From: Pelomyxa schiedti
Lineage: Eukaryota; Protista; Evosea
Direction of reading: 5' to 3'
Assembly: GCA_020536535.1 (NCBI GenBank)
Contig: JAHLWZ010000116.1
Span: forward strand, 1 to 64,000
Length of the DNA stretch: 64,000 bases
Shown here: positions 34,239 to 46,087 of the stretch, in pieces
Layout: each line of letters starts with the position of its first letter
Numbering within the stretch: the stretch's first letter is position 1
Notes under the pieces: generated by a model
Database searches by the model: none
What the model was told of the DNA's origin: nothing
Seen by the model: only the letters and a program-made list of their open reading frames with translations
Made by a program: the position numbers and the translations under genes

Positions 34239-36264
34239 ATGAACGCTGGAGAGGGCGCGGGGTCGTCGGCAGCAAGCGACGTGGCTTTCGGGTGGATCGT
34301 CGCGGCCACTGTGGGCGGGTGCGCATTCGACGCGTACGTGAAGGCGCGCCAGCACCGCGCTTATGGGACGCTGAAGATGCCCGAGGGCGTCGGCCGGGTT
34401 TTCGAGAGGGTGCCCGGGTCCACGATGACTGAGGAAAAGTTCGCGACGTCGCAGCGGTACCTCGCCGAAAAGAGGTTTGGTTTGGCTGCGAATTTACTGA
34501 ATTATGGTTTGGTGATGCTTGTATTATGGAGTATATGTTGTATGGGTTTTCTTTGTTTGCTTTTTCTGGTTGGACTCAACTCAGTGAAGTAAGTTGGGAT
34601 TCGTTTCAGGATTTGTGAGTACTGCTGTAACAGTAATACTTTTGGTGAATGGATGGGTTCCGTGGCTTTGGGCTCAAGCAGGCAACATATTGACGACACT
34701 GAGAGGCCCCAATAATGAGGTATGCCTTGCGGGCTGCACTGCCCTGTTGATTTCACATCTGAGAAGATATTACAATCCATTGTGTTTGCCTACATGAAGT
34801 TCTTGATTGATTTTTTTATTGGTCTCCCGCTTTCACTTTATGAGTATCCCCACTTACCTAGTTATATAAGAAGGCAAGCTAATTCACTCATAGCACATTT
34901 GTCATTGAGGAGCACTATGGGTTCAATCGAACAGTCTTAAAGGTGACTATTTCTTTTAAGCAGTTACCATCCAAACGAACAATTGGCAGTTATTTATCTT
35001 GGATCAATTGAATTTACTTCTCGTTGTTCTCCTAGTTGGCTCACCTGTTGTTACTGTGATAATTCTGTTAGTTGGTCTGTATCCTTTCTTCATTGCTCTT
35101 TTTAATTTCCGAATAAAACAGAGAATGGAGGACCTTATTTCTGGTTTTGTATCCATAAATTGCCAGTACTTTTGTAGTTTCCCTTTACAAAAACAGTTGT
35201 GTGGCTCTTTTTGGTGGCATTTTCATTGGTTGTTTTTATGTTTCTTTTACCGAATGTCATTTTACCTCTGTTCAACAAACTTGACCCACTTGAGGACTCC
35301 CCCCTCAAGACTGCCCTCAGCGATCTGTGCAATAAGGTAACAATCTTACTGCATATTTGTACTAAGTTTCTTCACAGCTCAACTTTCCGAGTACTCAATT
35401 GTTAGTCATGGATACTTCCAAGCGCTCCAAGCACAGTAATGCGTACTGTCAATTTATTTTTCCCGAGTTAGTTCCCTAAACAAAATTCAGGATGTTTCTT
35501 GGTGTATTTAAATCCCGGAAGGTTATTCTCTATGACACATTGAAAGAGAATTTCTCAGTTGACGAAATTCTCGGCATTGTTGGTTTGTTACATCAAGTCA
35601 GATATTTTTGTAACACCATTCAGGGCACGAAATTGGTTTGTTCACTGTGAATAATGGGATGAATCAGTTGAAAAACTCCCTGCAGGTCACAATGTTTGCG
35701 GTCACACCGGAAAAGCTTTTGCCATCATCTCCGCATACACTCTCACTTTCCTGTTCTTGTTCAGCAAATGCTTGAACACCGATGCACTGTACACTGCCTT
35801 TGGGTTCACAGAACGAACACCTGTAGGCCTAATCTACTCCCGGTTTTTCTACCATTTCCCTAATTTCCAACACAGATACTTGTTGGGTTGTACCTATTTG
35901 TGCTTGCATATTCCCCTATTCACCGCTGCTTTGTTATATTTGCCTTGTGGGTCTGCCGGAAATTCGAGACACAGGCCGATGCGTTTTCCACACAACTTGG
36001 GTTTGATCTCAGAACCTCCCTAGTTAAAATAGTGGTTCGTTATCTCCCTCCACTCTGACTAGTAATACTAACAACAATCCTCAAAATCCTCTCACTCACA
36101 CCCGTGTTTGTGTTTTTTAGGAAGAGAACTGCTTCCGCGTTTTATGGGATCCACTGTATCTTGCATGTCACTCAATGCACCCACCGGTTGTTGATCGCAT
36201 TCTCACCCTTGAGAAAATGCAACTTCATAGACAACAGTCCAAATCCTCCACTTCAGGGCACTGA
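34239..36264 (+). CDS. STE24: CAAX prenyl protease 1 (peptidase M48), divergent tandem paralogue 2
   Basis: Same exon structure as paralogue 1; MDTSKRSKHSNA, GHEIGH, RKFETQAD, HSMHPPVVDRI. Confidence 0.88.
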
Positions 36265-36368
36265 TTATTCACTTTGGGAGAAGAACGATTCTAAACCAAA
36301 AAAACAACCTCTTTTTGTTTAGGAGACATAAATAATAATAAAACACTGGTGGTTGGGTGCGGCCCCAA

Positions 36369-39300
36369 TCAGTTCTTTTTCCTGTGGAATGACCACCCAC
36401 TACTAGTGGAGTTTGATGTGCTGTTAGTACTTGCATGGGATGGTGAGGCAGGTGATAGGGAAAGTCTGGTTCTACCAAAGGAGGAAGAGGGTGTTGCTGT
36501 TGCTGATACTGATACTGTTGCGGATGATGACGCGGTAGTAGTGCTTGTTGGCGGCGGAAAGGTTGGTGTTGGTACACAGCGGGCAAATGAGTGCCCTGTG
36601 GATGTTGGAGAGGTGCAAGATGCGGGGGGTGTTGGGGCTGATGTGGCGGGTGCAAGAGGAGTGGCTATAAGTACAGGTGCCTCTGCGGGGAGGGTTGGGT
36701 GGTTCTTGGGCGATTTGGGTGTGGTTGTGGTTGCAGCTGGGGTAGTGCGGGAGGAGCTGCTGGTAAATGATGCAGAGTGGTGAATCTGAGACGGTGGTGG
36801 TGCCACTGGGTGCTCATTGAGTGGCTTAAGGGAAAGGGAAGCCGTTGATGTGGAAAGGGGATGTGTAATTGGTGATTCAGAGCTTCTGACCGGTGATGGG
36901 GGTTGCTTTTTATTTTATTGGTCATACTTTTAATCAATTGAGAGATGGTACATAAAATAGAGAGCTATAGTACACATTCCGTGACAAATCAGCTTTCTTG
37001 TAGGTTTTGGTTATATTGCATAGAATCCTTTGGCGCAAAACGTATCTGGAACAACTTAGAAATAAAAGAGGCGTAAGATAAATACGGCTTAGCTGCAGCA
37101 CCACCCTCATAAAGGGCCTGTGCTGCCCGATGAGCAGTCATTGAAAGACTGCGCACAAGAGGGCCGAGGGTGAAGAGGCTCACTGTAACATCTTCAACAA
37201 AGGGCCCACATATTACAAGCTGTTAAGATATAAGTGATGACCGGTGTAGGAGGGGAACCTTTGGGTTTATATGGGTGGAAACTCTGTACAGTCCTGACGG
37301 GAGCGGGGAGATTATGAGCTTTTTTTGGTTGTTAGTCCGATTTGTAAACCAGAAGCGTACTTTGACATCATGGAATAATGATTCTAGGCAACCGGTATCA
37401 TAGTTACCATCCTCAGACCAAACAATAAGCACGTAATCCTTTCCAATTAGCCGCTACAACGCTCCATTAGATTGGTTACAGAGCTGTATGGTACTTTTTT
37501 GTGTTGGTTCTGTTGCTGGTTCGGCATTTTTGAAGCTATGTGAAATACCACTTCAGAACTGAATGTAGCATAGTAAGGTGCTAAAACACCTTGAGTTTCT
37601 CTTATTGCATATCAAGACTTATGTTAGAAGTGCCTGTTGAGCCTTTCCTGTCTAGTCCACCAAGGAAGCCAGTGTGTGTGGCTACTTGAATATCCCAACC
37701 CAAGGTTGCCAAGAACGTTTGATACGCCTCTGATACCCGTACATTGGCGTAAATATCTTCTTCCATGAACTGCCCTGCCTTAGCATATACCACACCAATT
37801 TTCATGCACTCACGTCTGAACGTTGTAAAGATATTAAGGGTCACATAGAAGATATACTCGGGTTGCTGGTCAAGTTGCTTGATGGACTTGATCAAGGCCG
37901 GTGAATTATCAAGAGGAATGAGCACTCGTTGGCTTTGAACAAAGCCAAGCTAGTTAAAGTGAAAAAAAATTTCTCAAAAAGGGAAAAGCACATGAGCAGC
38001 AAGCACTCGGCCAGCCCGGAACTGTGTTTGTAGAGCCTCCTTGAAAGGGGCTGGTGATTCTGCCCAGGTGCTTCCGGACAGTCTGGGTTGCACAATGTAA
38101 ATAAAGGTGATGCACATTTCTTTGTACCCATATGATTTCTCCTGCAATTCTGCTTGTTCAGTATGGAGAATGTCGAGAATTCGAGGTACTTCCTCTTCAC
38201 TGGCGTCAAGTTGTTCAAGGAACATGCTGAGTTGCTGATACTGTTCAGATGTCATACTCAGACTTGGTTGGGTTAAAACCGTACAGAAGGCGTAGAAACT
38301 CGTACGATTTTGTTTTCCAATCTGAAGTCTTGGGGAGGAGCTTAGGGGGAATACTGGGTTCTTTCTTGGCACCACCTTCGTTGTTATCATTGTGTAAGTG
38401 AGACACCATTTAAGACCACATTACATGCATTTAGGGGAAGTTAATGGAACATAAGATAGGTGCCCTTGCCACACGTACTTCGCTGTTCTATCTCTTGCTA
38501 TCAGTGTGGATACTAGTTCTAATGCAAGAACGTTACAACTAATGATATGTTATGCCAAACTGAACCTCCATCTGTACTGAGAGAAGGAGTATCAATAAAG
38601 GAGATGATAATATTATCATCCATCATAAAGTATCTGACAAGCTGGTGTGCATCACTCAGGGGTATATTAGAGGTCTCGCAGACTCGGGATAAAATCATCT
38701 CTTCCGTAATGCTTGCTGATATTCTCTCAGAGCCAGCAGCTTAAAATGTAAGGGGGGTGTCAGTACATCTAATTGCATACGGGAGGGAAAAGCCCCCAAT
38801 TGATTCCCACAACAAAGTAATGTTGCTATTGCGGCATCCTTTTTGAGGAATTAATTGTAGCAGAGAAATGGAAAGTCACTCACCGTAATTGCAGGACTTT
38901 GTTTCTTCTTTGCATTTTTTTGGTTCTGTAAATAACTTAGAAAGCAAACAATCATATAAATGTTACAGCTACCAGTGAGGGAATTCCCAGAACTGCTACT
39001 TCTATGAGAGTTGCCAATGTACGTGGATTGGCGAATACCCACTTACTCTCATCAGCCATGGCCCAAGTTGTTATGCATCTGTAGCTCTCGGAAACAACCT
39101 GCTCAGAAGATGAAGGATCTTCTAAGAGAGCTCTGATTAACTGTGACAGCTGGGCAACCATCTGTTCAGCAAACTGAAAGAAGATTACTAAAAGAACAAA
39201 ATAGCGTTTTGTACTTGATCAACTCTTTCTATGTACTGGTACTTGATGACAACTTCTGTAAGAGTATTGAGTGCACAACAGCATACATCAGGAGTCCATT

Positions 39301-41736
39301 TTAAAGCTACTAACTACAATGACTGTCAAACACATTGCAGCAAATGGGATACATTTTTCAAAATAAGATGTAGTATAGACCAAACAAGCAATGGGCCTGC
39401 CTGCGGCCCGGCCTGTTGGGCTGGTGTACCAGATTTCACACGGTCGTAGGAGGGAACAAATTCCAATATAAAGACCAGAGATAAACTGGCAGAGCATACG
39501 ATTAGACTAGTGATACAGAAAAGTAGAGACATCAACAATGAACCTCAGCAAGCATTTAAGATTTGAAGAACTAATTTCATTGTCGATCCCCACAAGAAGC
39601 ATTGAACCAATGCTCAGCTCTAAATCATAAAAGGATGCAACAGTTTGGTCACCCTAAAAAAAATTAGGGTGTCAAATGTTGAGCACATACTCCAAGTGAC
39701 GAGTCCTTGGGAAACTGGGTGTTTTGATATCGGCAGGCATAGCATAGTATATGGCACAGAATGTTTAGACAAGCACGCCTCACGGTTTCTACTGGCATAC
39801 CACATCGGTATGTTGAGGGATTCTAGGAAATGTAAGCTGATAAATGTTGCATAGTTGTGTGCCTGCTTAAGTATCCGAGAGATAGCATGAATATAGAAAG
39901 GAATAAGAATTTTGTATCCAGTAATTTCTGTGGGTATAAGATTCTATCAAAGCTTCAACACATACTGAGAATTTAGGGTTAAAACCTGTGAGTGAAGTAG
40001 TAATGAAATGAGGGTCATGTTTTTAGCATCTCCTGTTTCGAGTGCCTAATTTGGGGTAAATCTTCCTAAGTGACGTCTAATCAGTAGGGTACAGCTTTAG
40101 CAGCCCCTAAAAAGCCAGCAATGTACTTAGGAGAAATCACACATCTCTTGCAGGTAAAGAATATTTTGCATAATCCCTCGATTGCAAAAGAAGTTCCGTC
40201 CTCATATCTTAACTCTAATTACAAAAAAAAATATCTCCACTCCATGGTTTTACCCAGGCCGATTCGTTATAACAGCCTCAAAAAGAGCTCCCCCAAATAT
40301 ATTCAAAATTGTGTTGCCATCAGGGGCACCAGGTGTGGAGTTTTGCACGATTTGTAGGAAGTCCTGCATGAAAAATAAGGTTACTTTGTTTTAAACGAGC
40401 GGTACCTCAATGCATATGCAAAGACCACTGATTGCTACACGATAATTGTTTGGAGAAGGTATCTGAGCCACACTACCAGGTAGGTCTGCACAGAAGTCAA
40501 TATGACTACATCAGGTGAAAAAAAGAAAGGGTACGCAAAAATCTTTGCCAGATGTAGAATATGTAGTCATCACTTACATCAGTGACAGCTGAAATGGTTG
40601 CACTAGGGCCAGTGAAAACAACAACAAAAATTATAGCATTACCTAACCCATATGTGGACAACTGAGGGGGGATCTGGTGTGTAAAGTCGTGCAAGCACTG
40701 AACTTGTGAGTGCACTACATGTAGCTGCCCATTGACTTATCACTGCCAAGTGCATATTCCTTCCACTGTTACTCAAAAAAAGAATGTTCGGACCAGACCA
40801 GTTTTTGTGGAGTTTGAAAAAAGTATTCCACAGATCAACATTCATGTTTCCAGAAGTCAGCCATGCCTCGTACAACACCTTTTCTCGGTGAATACTACTC
40901 ACAAAGAGGAAAGAGTCTGAACTGCTATAAGCCTATCAGCTATCAAGTCACCACAGCTTTCCTCCTCAAAGTTACTTGTGCACAGTAAAGAATCTGACAT
41001 CCCCATAAGTAGCTTTAATATAACCTAATCTGGTTTGTGAATAGTACCAGCACGGTTAGACGTACCTCCCAAGTTTCAGGCCGTAATTTTAGCTTTGAAA
41101 CAATGGAAAAGGTATTCAGAGCTCTTAGACATAAGTTGACATGAGTGTGTACATCATCTCGGACTTTGGTGCGATTGGAAAAGAGAAGTGAGAGGTGTTT
41201 CAGACAAAGCTGCGGATCTCCAAGTGAGTATACAATTACGATTTACGGAAGATATACCACATAGTATGCATCGAGATTATCTCTTATCCATGCTGGTTGG
41301 CGATCCATAGGTGACTGGATCCACTTTGTGTACAGCTCAATGCATTGAGTAATGAGTGTATGATCACCAAGGGGAAGTCTAAACCCCTGCCCAATGCACT
41401 CCATCACCCTTTTATGCGTTGGTTATTAGGAAACGGAAAGGGGTTCCACACCAAAAAACATGTGATTGTGTTGGGAGCAAAACGGAAATGTTTATTCCAC
41501 TTTGCTCAGATCCCATAAAATAGGTCACTACATTGCTGACAATGATGCGTTGCACACTGATAGGAAACACAGTATTAAGAATGTTTGTTTCTGAAGTCAT
41601 AGTCAAAACAAGAAAACAAGAAAAAAAAAGAGCAAGAGGAAGTGCCATCAAAGGGAAAGATCAAGAACAAAGGGAGCCAGTACTAACCAGGGTTGTGTAA
41701 CAATCCCGTCACGTGTGCCACCCAGTCCAAAAACAT
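36369..41736 (-). CDS. RALGAPB: Ral GTPase-activating protein beta subunit-like (Rap-GAP fold, catalytic Asn absent)
   Basis: N-terminus MFLDWVAHV...NILNTVFPISVQRIIVSNVV...VFWVMECIGQGFRLP resembles RALGAPB. C-terminal KIGVVYAKAGQ...FLATLGW...TGFLGGLD...RLIGKDYVLIVW. Confidence 0.8.
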
Positions 41737-42255
41737 CTTGTCTTAGCACGAAAGCACGTGTCGTAGATCCGGCCTCTCACCCACCTCGTGCACTCACCGC
41801 CGCTTGGATGTATTTTATTTTCTTTTCTTTTTGTTCCTGTGTTTTCGTCTCGTTCCTCCATCTTCAACGTCTCGTTCCGACGTTTTGATCGCCAGATCGT
41901 GATGAGGAGAATCTCTTGGTCTCCTTACTTCTCAGGAAGGAGCTAAGCAATCACCTACTGGGCATGTTGTTATGGTGTGTTTCCTGCAGGACCCGCGCCA
42001 GGAGACTCAGAGACTCAGACCTTCTCCGGCCATCATTCTTTGAAGGAAAATCAATGTCCGATTTGTTTTGGGGTAAAAATTTGACGTTCTGTTCGGCCTT
42101 GGGACGTTTCACGGTGACATGTCATTGGGGTTTTTCGCTTTTCCGAGCTTTTAAAAACCGGACACCCAGAACCAACGAGAAAAAAACAAAAGCAAACAAC
42201 AAAGCCCGAGAGACTATAGAGCTTAAACAAACAAACAAAGAACATAACAACAAAC

Positions 42256-42959
42256 ATGAAGGCAATTGTTGCGTTATTGTTGGTTGGATTGGCATTGGTT
42301 GTTGCCCAGCAGGTTGGCTTCCGTTTCCCAATGCTTTTCTTACTTACTCTTTCCTTCTTTTTCTTTCATTTACAGGCATGCACTTATACAACCGTTGGAA
42401 CCAATGGTGAAACTCTTCAATACGATTTGTCCCCATTGACATTGACTGGGTATGCGCTTTTTTTCTCGGTTTTTCTTGTTTGTAACATTCCACAACACCT
42501 ACAGTGAGAACTACATGATCCAGGACGAGAAGAACAACAAATACTTGCTCAACATTTGCGCAAATGCCACGTCCGGATGCACTCCTGCCCAGGCCGTGTG
42601 TCAGCAGGCCTCAAACACAAGGTACTACGGATGTGGTATCCTCAGCACCCAGAAGATAACTGACGGAGGTTAGTCGTTTCGTTTACTAAGAATGAACAAC
42701 AAACCAACACCAAATTGTAGAATCCGGACCTGACAGTGGCGTGACAGTGTGGTACGGCGAGGGCACATCATGCAGTGGATTAATCGACCGTGCTACTACT
42801 ATATACATTGGATGCAGTCCCGACACTGAGACTGTAGTCTATGATGTTATGGAAGCCTCCAGCTGCCAATACTCTATGTGTGTATTTCGAATTCAATTCC
42901 ATTTTCTAAACTGTCCCCAAACCAGATGGATGAAGAGCAAGTATGCCTGCCCTCTGTGA
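42256..42959 (+). CDS. Secreted single MRH-domain protein, copy 2
   Basis: MKAIVALLLVGLALVVAQQ, YDLSPL, NICAN, AVCQQ, YGEGTSC, RATTIYIGC, EASSCQY, WMKSKYACPL*. Same introns as copy 1. Confidence 0.85.
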
Positions 42960-43087
42960 TTGCCAAGATACACCAAACAAGTGCCATCAGTAGTGTTTCT
43001 TTTTACCACACCAAATGACAAATAAATTATTGGAGGAATGAAAAACAAAACTGGGTTTTTGGAAAGTTTTTTTCTTTAATTTTGAAG

Positions 43088-43231
43088 CTGTGTGTTTACA
43101 CACAGGATACAAAAATTGGGACTGGCCAGTGGCCTGAGTCCACGAGGCATTGGAGTTAGTTTGCAATCAGCAAAAAATCTACGCCATCCCTTACGGTCAT
43201 CAGCTGTAGAAATACCCCAAGCGCAAGAACT
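43088..43231 (-). ncRNA. U4: U4 spliceosomal snRNA (about 144 nt)
   Basis: Minus strand: AGUUCUUGCGCUUGGGG (U4/U6 stem II); UCUAC-A-GCUGAUGACC-GUAA-GGGAUGGC-GUAGA (5' stem-loop with K-turn); UUGCUGAUUGCAAAC (stem I); stem-loop GGACUCAGGCCACUGGCCAGUCC; Sm site AAUUUUUG; terminal hairpin CUGUGUG-UAAA-CACACAG. Confidence 0.92.
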
Positions 43232-43412
43232 GAGAAGAAAACTCCTCAAGCCCCGCGCTTTTTGTACGTCAGGCGGTGTCCAAGAAATTGTGGGAAGGGT
43301 TTCTTTCAGTTCTCTGAAAGACTGTCAAACAAACGAAATAAATTCTTTTTGATTGGAATCAGGCAAGGTGACACGTGTGCGTGGCAGGAGCGAACACAGA
43401 CAAGGAAAACAA

Positions 43413-44757
43413 ATGTGTATGTGCTGAGGTACGAGATCTGGAGATCTCGTTGCGCTGCGGTGGCTCTGTGTTATTTGTTGTACCGCCCTGTTGTTACGCA
43501 TTGCGTTGTATTCATGTCTCCTTCATGAAGTGTTCTTTCAACCCACCCTTTTTTTTTTTCCCAGCATGGTGGAAGGGGACATTGGGAGCGGCATTTGGTG
43601 GGATAAAGAAAGCGATTGACTCTGAGCAACAGGCTATTGCCGCTGAGGAGGAGTCTATAAGAGCGTCAAATGTGTGGGACCCTGATCAATTGTCCCGTGC
43701 TGCAAAGACTGGTGTGCACAGTAGCATAAATTCCTTGTTTTGTAACTGACTTACAGTAAAACTGCCTTGGAATGAATTGGATTCTGTCCCAGAACAGTTT
43801 AGGAATGTGGCTCGGGGAGATATAATCAAACTTGCCACTGTGTGTTCTTTTGTGCCTCAGCCCCAATAACTATTTAAAAGGACCAACACGCACTTCTCAA
43901 TGCTCCTCCAAGCGTTCCTGGATTTGAATTCGACTATAATTCAATTGTTCCAGTGGCATTCGCTTGTCTAGGAGCTGACGCACTGTTATCCAAAACTAGG
44001 ACATCTCTCGTACCAAAGCAGTAGCTTCCCATCTTTATTGCTTGCAATTCGTCGTAATGCAGCCATAAGGATTTCTGAGGAAAACTTTTGGCATAATTAC
44101 TTCTTACGAATTCATCTCATCAAGGCGTCATACCAAAAGGCATCCAAAGCAACAAGTACTTCGACAACAAAGATTGAATCTTTGCTGCCCGAACCACCAG
44201 CAACTTCTCCTGCCATGTTTCCAGCTCCACCCTCCACTCTTCCCGCTACTCTCCCACAAACAGCCACTGCACCTACTGAGGAGACCTCCACAACGGAGTT
44301 TGTGAGTGACTCTCTGGATGGACATCAGAATAATAATGGTATTACCCCACACTTTCCGTAACTCATGGCAAAACAGTGCTGTGGGCGTCGTCGAACACTT
44401 GGGATGAAATAAAAGTGGCACTTGAAGAGCTTAACTTACCAGCGGCAACCCCTCAAACACCTCCATCAAACACAACAACACCAACAACCACAACCGAAGC
44501 AAGCCCTGATAAAAACTCCACGGCTGAAACACCACAAATCACTCCAGCAGAAACTGCCACAACTGTGTCGGTTTCCACAGATACCACTCCAAGCACAAAC
44601 AAGTCTGATAACACGGAAGCAGCAAATGCTACCACCCCTGTAGAAGAAGGTAATTCGGTCTCACATAACCTTTGTATTTAATCTTACTTTGTCTTTAATG
44701 CAAATAGATTGGGAGAAGGCAATAGAATTGGAGCTATCGACAGCACAAGACTCCTAA
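43413..44757 (+). CDS. BSD-domain protein (SYAP1/Sap47-like)
   Basis: KLPW, FEFDY, DALLSKTRTSLVPKQISEENFWHNYFLRI, EFVSD, acidic end DWEKAIELEL. The first coding exon is predicted to be 4 nt (ATGT). Confidence 0.82.
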
Positions 44758-44850
44758 TGCCGTACCTTTTTTGTGTAAATTAAATAACAATCAGTATACT
44801 CTTACTTGCAAATACTGATGTACGTGTATACATAGATATCAGTTTAGTTA

Positions 44851-45674
44851 CTAGAGGTATGACTGCACAGTCTCATTTATTGGTCTCCTTGGTGTGCGTT
44901 TTGGTGAAGGCCCTCTTTGGTACCCAATGGAAATTATGGCCACAGGGACCTATCAAACCAACACCAATTCATTCAGAATTAGGAAAGGATAATAGTAGGA
45001 TGCATTCACCTGCTTTTTGGTGAGGTGCAGTATTGATTGAACTTCGCTCTCTGAAAAAGCACCCACCCACACTGAGGATAACCCCAGTGCATTAGCAGCC
45101 AATTGTGCATATCCAGCAGCAAGAGTTGCTAGAAGAAAAATATTTCTGAGTATCAAACAAGCACAACTCATACACAAAACACAGAATAGGATAACTTCCT
45201 AGGAACAGAAACCAAAAACAAAGCAAAACAAAACAAAACAAAAGCAAAGCCAACACACCGTCCTGTATAGCATACATCGAGCCTCTCTCAGCATACTTGG
45301 TCTCATTGAGGGAAGGATCAGCCCAGAACACCAAGCACAAAGGGGCCTCAGACACAAAGGGCTGGTCCAACGCAGCAACGCACAGCGCCTCCTTCATCTC
45401 CGCATTCCTCACTGCCGCAATCCCATACCTATATATGCCCCCCCACGTATAGTCAGCCACATTCATTATGTCTATATATATACTTGGATGCATGTGTGTT
45501 GTGGGGTGGGGTGTTGTTTGTCGAATTCGTCCATACGCACGCCTGTATGTTGCCGGCGGACGGGGCCCTGATGGCCGCGGCGAGGATCGAACCCTCGACC
45601 TCTGGGGTGACCTCCTTCGTGTCCACGAAGTGCCTCGTCGAGTGCCGCGACTCCACACAGCCAAACAGATCCAT
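44851..45674 (-). CDS. Nitroreductase-family flavoprotein (prokaryote-like), 3 introns
   Basis: RHSTRHF, AIRAPSAGNIQA, QPFVSEAP, YAIQDATLA, ALGLSSVWVGAF, PVAIISIGY, RTPRRP. Confidence 0.92.
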
Positions 45675-46087
45675 TCCGTTCGTGATGAATCCGCGAATTG
45701 GGTGATTGTGGGAAGCTGCGCATCTCCACAAAGATGGATAGTAAGGGGAGGTTAGTGAGTGTGCCTGGCAGACAGCAGGGAGGCGAGATTCAGAGACTGA
45801 GCCCCCTCTTCATATTTCCTGATGAAATCTCCGAATGGCATTTTTAGTCACAGGCCAGGGCTTATAAGGCCACAAAAAATGGGCCAAGGCAGCAGCCACA
45901 GCACCGGATTAGCGACAAAGGGAAAAAAAAAAAAAAAAAGAAACACGTACATACGCAATTCATTTGGAGACCATTGGTGCTGACACGCGTCCGTTATTTT
46001 TTTTTTTCCCTCCTTTTTTTTTGGGCTCATTGTAAAACATACAGCTTTTGAAATAGTTGGTGGTTTTTTTTTTATTGAGGGCACGAG

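Noticed and set aside
42014-42027. RNase P CR-I-like GAGAAGGUCUGAG on the minus strand
   Set aside because: No complementary CR-V/P4 partner (UCAGAC) lies downstream before the RALGAPB start.
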